Shown: positions 19,577 through 30,901, counted from the stretch's first letter. The stretch is DNA of 64,000 nucleotides from Oxalobacter sp. (GCA_003605115.1 QZKY01000016.1:109776-173775); one strand, 5' to 3'. Numbers and translations: made by a program. Notes: generated by a model from the letters alone, not told the origin.

Positions 19577-20122
19577 ATGAGCCGTTTCGTCATTGCGCAA
19601 CCCGACAAATGTATAGGCTGCCGCACATGCGAAGTGGCGTGTGCACAGGCGCATCCAATCAACAATGGCGAATCAGCGCTGACACCGTCCAATTTTCGAC
19701 CGCGTCTCAAGCTGGTGAAAAGCTTGAAGACAACCGCGCCGGTGCAATGCCGCCAGTGCGAGAACGCGCCGTGCGTGAACGCCTGTCCGTCCAGTGCACT
19801 GGTATATGACCGTGGTACGGTGCAATTGACTGCAGAGCGCTGTATCGGTTGTCAGACGTGCGTGATCGCTTGTCCTTTCGGTGCAATGGAAATGGTGCCC
19901 GTGTCAGTCGAGCGCCCCGCTTTGGGATCTTTGAGCGTTCGCTCTTTTGTGATGCAGGCGCACAAATGCGATTTGTGCATTGATGTCTCCGGCGGCCCTG
20001 CATGTATTCCGGTGTGTCCGACCAAAGCACTCTTTTTGGTGGATGCCGACGCCTTGCGCGAGTTCAGCAGCGAAAGGCGCGAGCACGCTCTCAACGGGAT
20101 GCCGCAACACGTATTTCGCTAA
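19577..20122 (+). CDS. hydN: 4x[4Fe-4S] electron-transfer protein (HydN/HycB family), copy 2
   Basis: Same Cys pattern as copy 1; AAGGAG RBS. Confidence 0.9.
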   Translation: MSRFVIAQPDKCIGCRTCEVACAQAHPINNGESALTPSNFRPRLKLVKSLKTTAPVQCRQCENAPCVNACPSSALVYDRGTVQLTAERCIGCQTCVIACPFGAMEMVPVSVERPALGSLSVRSFVMQAHKCDLCIDVSGGPACIPVCPTKALFLVDADALREFSSERREHALNGMPQHVFR

Positions 20123-20172
20123 AGCCCACAAGTTTTGGAAACGAATTTTTAAAAAACCTCAGCGAGGCCGTC

Positions 20173-22317
20173 ATGAAAAAAGTGATCACCGTTTGTCCCT
20201 ATTGCGCTTCTGGCTGCAAAATCAATTTGCTGGTTGAGGACGGCAAGATTGTTGGTGCCGAAGGCGCCAACGGCGTGACTAACGAAGGCGAGTTGTGCCT
20301 GAAAGGGTATTACGGCTGGGATTTTCTGAACGACACCCAATTGTTGACGCCGCGCTTGACGCAACCGCTGATTCGTCGCAAACGTGGCGCGTCGTTTGAA
20401 GCGGTGAGCTGGGATGAGGCCATTGGTTTTGCGAGTGCGCGGCTGATGGAAATCAAGAAACAACATGGCTCAGATGCGATCATGGTTTCGGGTTGTTCGC
20501 GCGGCCCCGGCAACGAAGCCAATTACGTGATGCAGAAATTTGCCCGCGCTGCAGTCGGAACGAACAATGTGGATTGCTGCGCGCGTGTGTGCCACGGGCC
20601 CTCCGTCGCAGGACTGGAGCGCACGCTCGGCAACGGCGCGATGAGCAATTCGATTGTCGAAATTGAAGATACCAAGTGCATTTTGGTGTTTGGTTATAAC
20701 GCTGGGGATTCGCATCCCATTGTTGCGCGTCGCATCATCAAGGCCAAGGAAAAAGGTGCGAAGATCATCGTTTGCGATCCGCGCGTGATTGAAACAGCGC
20801 GCATTGCCGATCTTTACCTGCCGCTGAAGAACGGTTCCAACATGGCACTGGTGAACGCGTTTGCGAATGTGTTGATCAACGAAGGTCTGTACAACAAGGC
20901 TTACACCGAACAATTCAGCGAAGGTTTCGACGCATACAAGCAGACTGTGGCGAAATACACGCCGGAATATGCGGCATCCATTACCGGACTGGATCCGCAA
21001 TTGATCCGCAACGCGATGCGCATGTACGCTGCGGCGCCGTCTGCCACCATTTTGTGGGGCATGGGTGTGACGCAGTGGGGGCAATCCGTGGATGTGGTGC
21101 GCGGCTTGTCGAGTCTTGCGACGATCACTGGCAACCTGGGTCGCCCCAATGTCGGTGTGGGCCCGGTGCGCGGTCAAAACAATGTGCAAGGCGCATGCGA
21201 TATGGGCGCATTGCCCGGCGACTTCCCCGGTTACCAAAAAGTCACAGATGCAAAATCGCGCGAAAAGTTTGAAAAAGCTTGGGGCGTGAAAAATCTGCCA
21301 TCGAAAAAAGGCGTAAGCCTGACCGAAGTGCCGCATGAAATCCATGATGGCAAGATCAAGGCCTTTTATATTTTCGGTGAAGACCCCTTGCAAACCGAAC
21401 CGGATTTGGGCGTGCTGCGTGAAGAATTTGCGAAACTGGATCTCATGATTGTGCAGGATATCTTCATGACCAAGACGGCGATGGCGGCAGACGTGATTTT
21501 CCCGGCGACGTCCTGGGGCGAACACGAGGGCGTGTATTCCAGCGCGGATCGCGGCTTCCAGCGTTTCTATAAAGCGGTGGAGCCAAAAGGCGACGTCAAG
21601 CGCGATTGGGAAATTCACAGTCTGATGGCGACGGCGATGGGGTATCCGATGAAGTATGAAAACACAGAGCAAATCTGGAATGAGATTCGTGAGCTCTGCC
21701 CACTGTTTTATGGTGCAACGTACGAAAAGCTGGCGGGTCTCGGCTACGTGCAATGGCCCTCGCTCACGCTCGACGATCCGGGGCGCAACTGGCTGTACAA
21801 GGATAACAAGTTCGACACACCGAGTGGCAAGGCGCAATTGTTTGCCAGCGACTGGATTCCGCCTGCTGAGCAAATCGATGCAGAGTATCCGATGGCTTTG
21901 TGCACCGTGCGCGAAGTCGGACATTACTCCTGTCGTTCGATGACGGGCAATTGCGCTGCATTGCAAACCTTGGCGGACGAGCCGGGGCATGTGCAAATGA
22001 ATACCGAAGATGCGAAGGCGCTGGGCATCAAGGATGAGGAACTGGTATGGATTTCATCGCGTCGCGGCAAAGTGATGTCGCGCGCGCAGGTGAGCGATCG
22101 CACCAACAAGGGCGCAGTGTACATGACCTACCAGTGGTGGATCGGCGCGTGCAATGAGCTGACGCTTGATCATCTGGATCCGATTTCCCGCACACCGGAG
22201 TACAAACACGCTGCGGTCAAAGTGGAAAAAATCGATGATCAGAAGTGGGCAGAGGCGCATGTGGCGAATGCCTATACCACGATGAAGAACGAACTGCGTG
22301 AGGCGGCGTTGGTGTGA
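20173..22317 (+). CDS. fdhF: Mo/W-bisPGD formate dehydrogenase catalytic subunit, FDH-H type, Cys variant
   Basis: MKKVITVCPYCASGC..LCLKGYYGWDF, DCCARVCHGPS, RGQNNVQG and MTYQWWIGACNELT; no Tat signal. Confidence 0.95.
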   Translation: MKKVITVCPYCASGCKINLLVEDGKIVGAEGANGVTNEGELCLKGYYGWDFLNDTQLLTPRLTQPLIRRKRGASFEAVSWDEAIGFASARLMEIKKQHGSDAIMVSGCSRGPGNEANYVMQKFARAAVGTNNVDCCARVCHGPSVAGLERTLGNGAMSNSIVEIEDTKCILVFGYNAGDSHPIVARRIIKAKEKGAKIIVCDPRVIETARIADLYLPLKNGSNMALVNAFANVLINEGLYNKAYTEQFSEGFDAYKQTVAKYTPEYAASITGLDPQLIRNAMRMYAAAPSATILWGMGVTQWGQSVDVVRGLSSLATITGNLGRPNVGVGPVRGQNNVQGACDMGALPGDFPGYQKVTDAKSREKFEKAWGVKNLPSKKGVSLTEVPHEIHDGKIKAFYIFGEDPLQTEPDLGVLREEFAKLDLMIVQDIFMTKTAMAADVIFPATSWGEHEGVYSSADRGFQRFYKAVEPKGDVKRDWEIHSLMATAMGYPMKYENTEQIWNEIRELCPLFYGATYEKLAGLGYVQWPSLTLDDPGRNWLYKDNKFDTPSGKAQLFASDWIPPAEQIDAEYPMALCTVREVGHYSCRSMTGNCAALQTLADEPGHVQMNTEDAKALGIKDEELVWISSRRGKVMSRAQVSDRTNKGAVYMTYQWWIGACNELTLDHLDPISRTPEYKHAAVKVEKIDDQKWAEAHVANAYTTMKNELREAALV

Positions 22318-22345
22318 GGTTAACGCGATTTAAGTGCATTAAAAT

Positions 22346-22386
22346 TTGGGGCGACATCAAGTTGTTGATGTCGCCCCAGTTTTTTG
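22346..22386. terminator. Hairpin terminator between convergent fdhF and aldehyde dehydrogenase
   Basis: GGGGCGACATCAA-GTTG-TTGATGTCGCCCC followed by a T-tract. Confidence 0.8.
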
Positions 22387-22392
22387 CGAACC

Positions 22393-23862
22393 CTATCGCG
22401 GACTGCCGAGCCGCTCCGTCAGCGACAGCCAGATGGTTTTTGGTTCAGTGAAGTTTTCCAGCGCAGCTTCACCGTGTTCACGCCCAAAGCCTGATTCGCC
22501 CGTTCCACCCCAAGGCAAACGCACATCGGTAAACCCGTAGGTGTTGATCCAGACTGTCCCTGCCTTGAGGGCATGTGCGACACGATGTACGCGGCCGATG
22601 TCCCCACTCCAGACGCCGGCAGCCAGACTGAAGGCGGTGCCATTTGCAATTCTTATGGCATCGGCTTCATCCTTGAAACGGATCACGCTTGCGACGGGAC
22701 CGAAAATTTCTTCCTGCGAAATACGCATTTCATGCTCGACGTTGGTGAAGATGGTTGGCTCCACGTAAAAGCCCTTGCGGTCAACACGCTCGCCACCGTA
22801 AATGCAAGACGCGCCTTCTTTCTTGCCGATATCAATATAGTCGAGCACGGTCTTCATCTGTCCTGAAGAGACCAGAGGTCCCATGATGGTGTCTTGCTGA
22901 ACGGTGTCGCCGATCCGAATTTCTTTTGCGCGCTGGATCAATCGGTCGACGACTTCGTCATACACTTCGTTTTGCACCAGAATGCGCGATCCGGCGGAGC
23001 ACACCTGACCGGCGTTGAAAAACACGCCAGAGGCACCTGCACGTACCGCATTGTCAAGGTCGGCATCCTTGAAGATGATATTGGCAGACTTACCGCCGAG
23101 TTCCAGCGTAATGCGCTTGAAGTTACTCGCGGCGCCTTGCATGATGCCGCGACCGATGTTGGGCGATCCGGTAAAGGTGACTTTATCCACGCCCGGATGT
23201 GCGACCATCGCATCGCCGACGACACTGCCGCGTCCTGTCACAATGTTCAACACGCCCGGCGGCATGCCAGCTTCCAGTGCGAGTTCACCGATGCGAATTG
23301 CGGTTAGTGGCGTAAGTTCTGCCGGTTTGACAACCATGGTGCAACCGCAGGCCAGCGCCGGTGCGATTTTCCACATGCCGATCATGATCGGGAAATTCCA
23401 CGGCACGATTGCGCCGACCACGCCGACGGGCTCCCGCACGGTGTAGGTGAGTGCATCGGTGCGTGCCGGAACCACTTGCCCCATGATTTTGTCAGTCCAT
23501 CCGGCGTAATATCGTGTGGTGTCGATGGCCGCAGGCATGTCTTGTCGCCGTACGCTGGCGATTGGCTTACCCGCATTCGTGCTTTCCAGCGAAATCAACT
23601 CATCCTGATTTTTTTCCATCAGATCGGCCAGACGATTCAGGATCATGCCGCGTTCGGCGGCGCGAATCCCGTTCCAGACCTTCAGTGCGGCGCGCGCGGC
23701 GCGCACGGCAACGTCAACGTCTCGCGCGCTACCGGAGGCGACATAGGCGATGACTTCTTCAGTTGCCGGATTGAGGATGGTGGAATAATTGCCTGTGCCA
23801 GGGGGAACGCGTTTGCCGTCAATTAACAAATCATGCTTGGGGATATTGATGCTTGCGTTCAT
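22393..23862 (-). CDS. NAD(P)-dependent aldehyde dehydrogenase
   Basis: IVPWNFP, KPAE, FTGS, LELGGKS, GQVC and EEIFGPV motifs. Confidence 0.95.
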   Translation of the reverse strand: MNASINIPKHDLLIDGKRVPPGTGNYSTILNPATEEVIAYVASGSARDVDVAVRAARAALKVWNGIRAAERGMILNRLADLMEKNQDELISLESTNAGKPIASVRRQDMPAAIDTTRYYAGWTDKIMGQVVPARTDALTYTVREPVGVVGAIVPWNFPIMIGMWKIAPALACGCTMVVKPAELTPLTAIRIGELALEAGMPPGVLNIVTGRGSVVGDAMVAHPGVDKVTFTGSPNIGRGIMQGAASNFKRITLELGGKSANIIFKDADLDNAVRAGASGVFFNAGQVCSAGSRILVQNEVYDEVVDRLIQRAKEIRIGDTVQQDTIMGPLVSSGQMKTVLDYIDIGKKEGASCIYGGERVDRKGFYVEPTIFTNVEHEMRISQEEIFGPVASVIRFKDEADAIRIANGTAFSLAAGVWSGDIGRVHRVAHALKAGTVWINTYGFTDVRLPWGGTGESGFGREHGEAALENFTEPKTIWLSLTERLGSPR

Positions 23863-23987
23863 GAGGGAGCCTCCATTTTTTTGCTGCGCAAGGACTTGAT
23901 GAAAAAACGGAAGGCGCCGCATCCGTTGAGTAGAAGTATATTCCTGAATAAATTTTTTTGCAGGAGGCGTGTTATGCAATCTTGTGC

Positions 23988-24650
23988 CTATGCGCCAGAG
24001 GGGAAAAGTATGTTGCCCTCCTTGAGTGTCATCCACGTGATGTTCGGTAAATCGATTAGCTGGTGATCATGCGACACGATTAAAATGCTGCCGCCTTCTT
24101 GAACAAAAGCAGGAATGAGCGCGGCGACCTGTGCTTTTGCAGCTTCATCCAGATTCGCGGTCGGTTCGTCAAGTAGCAGTAATCGCGGCTTCAGTACTTT
24201 GGCACGCGCCAGCGCGATGCGTTGTTTTTCACCGCCAGAAAGTGTGGCAGGATCATGATCGCGCAAGTGGGCGACGCCAGCCCACGCCATGGCCTCGCCC
24301 ACCTGTTTTTTAATTTCGGCATTCCCCACGCCGCGCGCGCGTAAGCCATAGCCAATGTTTTTTTCGAGACTGGTAGAAAAAAGCACAGGTTGCTGATGTA
24401 CATACACGATGGCATCACGCAGCTCTTTCGGGTATGGGGAGAGAGAAATGGATTGCCCATGAAATGCTGACGCTGCAATTTCTGCCGGTTCCAGTCCCGC
24501 GAGAATGCGCAGCAAGGTCGTTTTGCCGCTGCCATTCACACCTGTTAGCAGATAAGCGCTGCCAAGCTCAAGCGTGAGCGCAGGAATGTCCAGCAGTACG
24601 CGCTCATCGAAACGTTTCTTCAATCCGTGTATGGAGAGGAGCGAAGTCAT
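23988..24650 (-). CDS. tupC: Tungstate ABC transporter ATP-binding subunit
   Basis: GVNGSGKTT, LSGGE and LLDEPT; operon with tupAB. Confidence 0.82.
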   Translation of the reverse strand: MTSLLSIHGLKKRFDERVLLDIPALTLELGSAYLLTGVNGSGKTTLLRILAGLEPAEIAASAFHGQSISLSPYPKELRDAIVYVHQQPVLFSTSLEKNIGYGLRARGVGNAEIKKQVGEAMAWAGVAHLRDHDPATLSGGEKQRIALARAKVLKPRLLLLDEPTANLDEAAKAQVAALIPAFVQEGGSILIVSHDHQLIDLPNITWMTLKEGNILFPSGA

Positions 24651-25354
24651 CCCTGCACTCCCGAGACATTGGCTTTACCCTGCAGTAGCATCAGTGCAGC
24701 ATTGATGAACAAGGCGATGACGATGAGGATGATGCCTAGCGCAATGCCTTGTGCGAATTCACCTTTGCTGGTTTCCAGTGCGATGGCGGTGGTGATCGTG
24801 CGCGTGTGTTCGGCGATATTGCCGCCCACCATCAGCGCACATCCTACTTCGGCCAGGATGCGACCAAAGCCGGTGATGATGGCGGCCATGACGCCGAAGC
24901 GCACCTCATGCAAAACGGTACACATGACACGCAGGCGCGAAGCGCCCAGCGTGACGGCTGTTTCCGCAAAGCGCGGATCGGCGGCTTGCACCGAAGCCAG
25001 CGTAAACGCGGTGAGTACCGGCAAGCCGATCAAAACTTGTCCAGCGATGAGACCGGATTGCGAGAAGAGCCATTTCAAATCGCCGAGCGGTCCCTGGCGC
25101 GACAGCATCAGATAGAGTAGTAACCCGATCAGCACAGTGGGGAAGGACAAGGAAGCTTGCGTCAACCAGATCAGGACGCGACGCCCCAAAAATTTGCGCG
25201 ACCCCATTACATATCCCGCCGCTACCGCAATGGGGGTAGCGATGATAAGGCTGATCACGGATGTCTTGAGGGAAATCCAGATGATCAGCCAGAGATCGGG
25301 GTCACCAGTCAGCAACAGACCGAACGCTTCGCGAACCGAGTCGATCAAGTGCAT
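24647..25354 (-). CDS. tupB: Tungstate ABC transporter permease
   Basis: FGRILAEVG..VGGNI..TRTITTAIALETSKG. Confidence 0.88.
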   Translation of the reverse strand: MHLIDSVREAFGLLLTGDPDLWLIIWISLKTSVISLIIATPIAVAAGYVMGSRKFLGRRVLIWLTQASLSFPTVLIGLLLYLMLSRQGPLGDLKWLFSQSGLIAGQVLIGLPVLTAFTLASVQAADPRFAETAVTLGASRLRVMCTVLHEVRFGVMAAIITGFGRILAEVGCALMVGGNIAEHTRTITTAIALETSKGEFAQGIALGIILIVIALFINAALMLLQGKANVSGVQG

Positions 25355-25398
25355 GTCGTTCCCATGTCGTTTATACTGCGCTACTTTTTAAAAGCGAC

Positions 25399-26229
25399 TT
25401 AGCGTTTGGCCTTCTTCTTTTTTGGCGAGTAAGACGGGAAAAACAATTGCTGTCCATCGACCTTGAAGTTGGCAATCATTTTCTGTCCTTCGGCGGAAGT
25501 GATCCACTCGATCAGTTGCATCGCCCCTTTGTAGTTGATGTCAGGGTATTTTTTGGGATTGACCGCAATGATGCCATAGGGGTTGAACATTTTCGGGTCG
25601 CCTTCAAACACGATGGCCAGTCCAGTCTTTGCGCGGTAGGCGCCATAAGTGGCGCGATCCGTCAATGTGTAAGCCTCCATTTGCCCCGCCATCGTCAGCA
25701 CTTCGCCCATGCCCAAACCCGCAGAAACGTAGGCTTTGCCTTTCGGCTGGGTGCCGGCTTCTTTCCAGTAGGCGCGCTCCATTTGATCCGTGCCGGAATT
25801 GTCGCCGCGCGAAATAAACGGTTTGCCGCTGGCGACAATGCGTCTCATCGCATCGATCACGTTCTTACTTTTTTTGATACCGGCCGGATCGTTTTCTGGC
25901 CCCACCAGAATGAAATCGTTATACATCACGTCGCGGCGGTTGACGCCGTGCTTTGCCGCAACGAATTTATCTTCGGATGGGCGGGCATGCACGAGCGTGA
26001 CATCCACATCGCCGTTCTTCGCCAGTTCCAGCGCCTTGCCCGTACCGACAGAGATGACATGCACCTTGTTGCCGGTTTTGGCTTCAAATGCGGGCAGCAG
26101 AAATTTCAGCAATCCCGAGTTGTCGGTGCTGGTGGTGGTGGAAAGCTTGATGATGTTTTGTGCGAATGCGGGCAGGGTCAATGTCAGGGAAAGCCCCAGT
26201 ATTCCCAGCATTTTTTTGAATTGGTTCAT
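25399..26229 (-). CDS. tupA: Tungstate ABC transporter substrate-binding protein
   Basis: Signal peptide, TTTS signature (STTTSTDNSGLL), GTGKAL and SRGDNSGT. Confidence 0.9.
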   Translation of the reverse strand: MNQFKKMLGILGLSLTLTLPAFAQNIIKLSTTTSTDNSGLLKFLLPAFEAKTGNKVHVISVGTGKALELAKNGDVDVTLVHARPSEDKFVAAKHGVNRRDVMYNDFILVGPENDPAGIKKSKNVIDAMRRIVASGKPFISRGDNSGTDQMERAYWKEAGTQPKGKAYVSAGLGMGEVLTMAGQMEAYTLTDRATYGAYRAKTGLAIVFEGDPKMFNPYGIIAVNPKKYPDINYKGAMQLIEWITSAEGQKMIANFKVDGQQLFFPSYSPKKKKAKR

Positions 26230-26358
26230 GACATGCTCCTTGGTGTGTTGCGATGTGTATAGCGACTTGTATGGCGAGGGCAGTTAGATGGATTGACACC
26301 GAGATAACCTCTCTGTCTGCCGGAGGTGCTATATTACTTTCCGCCGCACTAATTTCCC

Positions 26359-26378
26359 ATATGAAGACTTGTTCCTAT
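26359..26378. promoter_or_regulatory. Putative FdsR-type operator overlapping the regulator's own start codon
   Basis: ATATG-N10-CCTAT dyad. Confidence 0.55.
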
Positions 26379-27444
26379 GTTGCATATCAAGCTGGACTAC
26401 ACATTTACCGAATCGCACGACAAAAAGCGACAACTTGAAAACCCGCTCTTTGTTTTGCTGGAAGCCATACACAGCACGGGTTCCATTTCCAAAACGGCGG
26501 CCGAAACGGGCTTTTCGTATCGACACGTATGGGGTGCGCTCAAGCGATGGGAAACCAAACTCGGCGCGGAATTGATCGTCTGGAAGAAAGGCGAACGCGC
26601 GCGGTTGACCCCATTTGGAGAAAAGCTGCTCTTTGCTGAGCAGCGTGCCAAGGCGCGCGTCTTGCCCCAGGTGGATAGCCTGGTCAGCGAAATGGAGCGG
26701 GAATTTGCGCTGGCCTTCGATGAAAATGCCCACGTCTTGTCGGTATCCGCGAGCCACGACTTGGCGCTGAATCGCTTGAAAGACGTGCTCAGCAGTCAGG
26801 GCTTGCATCTGAATTTGCGCTTTCAAGGCAGCCTGACATCGCTTGCCGCCATGACCCGGGGGGAATGTACCCTGGCGGGCTTGCATGTGATGTTGGGCGG
26901 GAATGCCGGGTCAAAAGAATTGCAACCGTTCAAAAAATTGCTCAAGCCGGAAACGCATAGCTTGATCCGCTTTCTGGTGCGGACGCAGGGATTGATGCTG
27001 AAGCCCAATAACCCTAAACGCATACAAGGACTGAACGACTTGAAGCGCGCGGATATACGTTTCGTGAACCGCGAAAAAGGATCGGGCACACGCATCGCAG
27101 TGGAGCATTTGCTGTCAAAGGCCGGCATTACACCAGCACTGGTCAATGGTTTTGAAGTGGAAGAGACCACGCATCTTGCCGTGGCTGCTGCTGTGGCTTG
27201 CGGACAGTTCGATGTCGGATTTGGCATCGAAGCCGCAGCGGCGCACTTTAACCTTGGCTTCATTCCGCTTGCGCAAGAGCAGTATTACTTTGCTTGCCAG
27301 ACAGAAGCTTTGCAGGAACCGGCTGTCAAGAAATTGGTGAAAACACTCAGAAGCAAACCTTGGCGCGCCATTCTCAATGATATGCCCGGTTACGATGCAA
27401 CTTCGGCAGGGCAAGTTATCCCCGTGAGCAAGTTCGGTCAATAA
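26377..27444 (+). CDS. FdsR-like transcriptional regulator (ModE-type HTH plus PBP-like domain)
   Basis: GSISKTAAETGFSYRHVWG HTH, ASHD, NREKGSGTR and THLAVAAAV. Confidence 0.82.
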   Translation: MLHIKLDYTFTESHDKKRQLENPLFVLLEAIHSTGSISKTAAETGFSYRHVWGALKRWETKLGAELIVWKKGERARLTPFGEKLLFAEQRAKARVLPQVDSLVSEMEREFALAFDENAHVLSVSASHDLALNRLKDVLSSQGLHLNLRFQGSLTSLAAMTRGECTLAGLHVMLGGNAGSKELQPFKKLLKPETHSLIRFLVRTQGLMLKPNNPKRIQGLNDLKRADIRFVNREKGSGTRIAVEHLLSKAGITPALVNGFEVEETTHLAVAAAVACGQFDVGFGIEAAAAHFNLGFIPLAQEQYYFACQTEALQEPAVKKLVKTLRSKPWRAILNDMPGYDATSAGQVIPVSKFGQ

Positions 27445-27456
27445 GGTATGAGCAGT

Positions 27457-28530
27457 TTAAATAATCGCAACGCCTTTGACTTGAGCGAATAGCGATTTGC
27501 CCGGTTCCAGTTGAAGCGTATGCGCAGATTTGCGGGTAATGCGGCACAAAAGCCGCGTGCCGCTCGCATTCAGCCCGATCATGACTTGTCCAGTCGCGTC
27601 TTGCGATATGTCGGTGACAATCACAGGAATGCTGTTCAGAATGCTGGTGCTGGTTTGTGGCGCCAGCGTCAAACTTACGTCGCGTGCCTGAACGCGCAGG
27701 CGTACACGTTGTCCAAGATGTGCCGCATCATTCGGCAGCAAAATTTGCCCGCCGGAAAATGCCACACCGACCAGATGAAAAGCTTCGTCGCGTTCTGCGA
27801 CGTAACCGTCAATAAGGGCAGCCGCAGTATCGCCATGTGCCAGCGACAAATCCAGGCGCGTCATCATGTCGCCGATGGCGCCACTGGCAACGAGGCTGCC
27901 ATTTTCCAGCATGACCATATAGTCAGCCAGACGTGCCACTTCATCGATCGCATGACTTACATAGAGCATCGGAATATCAAGTTCGGTATTGAGTCGTTCC
28001 AGATATGGGAGGATTTCCAGTTTGCGCGGCATGTCGAGTGCCGCCAGCGGTTCATCCAGCAGAAGCAGACGCGGACTGGCGGCCAGCGCGCGCGCAATAC
28101 CGACGCGTTGACGTTCGCCACCCGAAAGCGTGGCGGGACGTCGCTCCATCAAATGGCTGATCCCAAGCAAATCGATGACATGGTTGATCGCGATCTTGCG
28201 ATTCGATGGTGGCACGCGTTTCATGCCGAATTCAAGATTGCGTTGCACGCTTAGGTGTTCAAACAGGTGAACGTCCTGGAAAACGAATCCGAGTGGACGG
28301 CGATGTGTCGGGACAAAAATACCTTGTGCATCATCTTGCCAGATGTCCTTACCCACCCGTATGTTGCACCCATGCCCGCGTTCCAGTCCGGCGATGACGC
28401 GTAGCAGGGTCGACTTGCCAGCGCCCGACGAGCCAAATAGTGCGGTGATGCCTTTGTCAGGTAATTCAATATCCACTGCCAAGGCAAATCCTGGGTAATT
28501 GACTTGGACGCGCGTGTAAATCGAATTCAC
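27457..28530 (-). CDS. modC: Molybdate ABC transporter ATP-binding subunit
   Basis: GSSGAGKS, LSGGERQR and a C-terminal TOBE domain; GTG start overlaps the modB stop (GTGA). Confidence 0.92.
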   Translation of the reverse strand: MNSIYTRVQVNYPGFALAVDIELPDKGITALFGSSGAGKSTLLRVIAGLERGHGCNIRVGKDIWQDDAQGIFVPTHRRPLGFVFQDVHLFEHLSVQRNLEFGMKRVPPSNRKIAINHVIDLLGISHLMERRPATLSGGERQRVGIARALAASPRLLLLDEPLAALDMPRKLEILPYLERLNTELDIPMLYVSHAIDEVARLADYMVMLENGSLVASGAIGDMMTRLDLSLAHGDTAAALIDGYVAERDEAFHLVGVAFSGGQILLPNDAAHLGQRVRLRVQARDVSLTLAPQTSTSILNSIPVIVTDISQDATGQVMIGLNASGTRLLCRITRKSAHTLQLEPGKSLFAQVKGVAII

Positions 28531-29213
28531 TTGCGTTTTCCCGTTGGGTTGAGCCAGTGCAGTGCGATGAGCGAGACAAACGCAAAAACCAGCATGCCAG
28601 CGGAAAGCCAATGCGCCTGTGCGTATTCGAGGGCTTCGACGTGATCGAAAATTTGTACGGAGATGACGCGCGTTTTATCTGGAATATTCCCGCCGATCAT
28701 CAGCACCACGCCAAATTCACCAACGGTATGCGCAAAACCCATTACCGTTGCAGAGAGATAGCCGGGTTTTGCCAGCGGCAGGGTGACATTGAAAAAAGTA
28801 TCGAACGGTGAAGCGCGCAAGGTCGCTGCCGCTTCCAGCGGACCGCGCCCAATGGTTTCAAAAGCATTCTGGATGGGTTGCACAACGAAGGGCAGCGAAT
28901 AAAAAACCGACGCGATAACCAGTCCCCCAAAGCTGAAAGGCAGTAAACCAATGCCGATGGTTTCGGTAAAGCGGCCAATGGGGCCATGTGGCCCCATGGC
29001 GACGAGCAGGTAAAACCCCAGTACGCTAGGGGGCAAAACCATGGGAAGCGTCACCAGCGCGCTGACAGGCAGTTTCCATCGCGATGCGGTTTGGGATAGC
29101 CACCAGGCGATAGGTGTACTGATGACGATCAAAATCGCCGTGGTCAAGAGGGCGAGTTTGATCGTGAGCCAGATTGTTGAGCAAGCCTGCGCAGAAAAGC
29201 CGAGTTCAGTCAT
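28527..29213 (-). CDS. modB: Molybdate ABC transporter permease
   Basis: LPMVLPPSVLGFYLL and FAHTVGEFG motifs. Confidence 0.93.
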   Translation of the reverse strand: MTELGFSAQACSTIWLTIKLALLTTAILIVISTPIAWWLSQTASRWKLPVSALVTLPMVLPPSVLGFYLLVAMGPHGPIGRFTETIGIGLLPFSFGGLVIASVFYSLPFVVQPIQNAFETIGRGPLEAAATLRASPFDTFFNVTLPLAKPGYLSATVMGFAHTVGEFGVVLMIGGNIPDKTRVISVQIFDHVEALEYAQAHWLSAGMLVFAFVSLIALHWLNPTGKRK

Positions 29214-29230
29214 CGCGTAGTCAATTCACA

Positions 29231-30852
<1,622 letters not shown>

Positions 30853-30901
30853 CGTATCATGACGGCTGAACGGGAGACGCAAAGCTTTAAGGGAGTCACG
30901 G

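Noticed and set aside
20573..20660. Selenocysteine recoding or SECIS in fdhF
   Set aside because: The active-site codon is TGC (Cys) and the ORF has no in-frame TGA.
20470..21996. Long antisense ORFs (508 aa here; also 16536-17675 and 2493-3338)
   Set aside because: They lie opposite well-conserved genes and are the expected shadow of biased codon usage.
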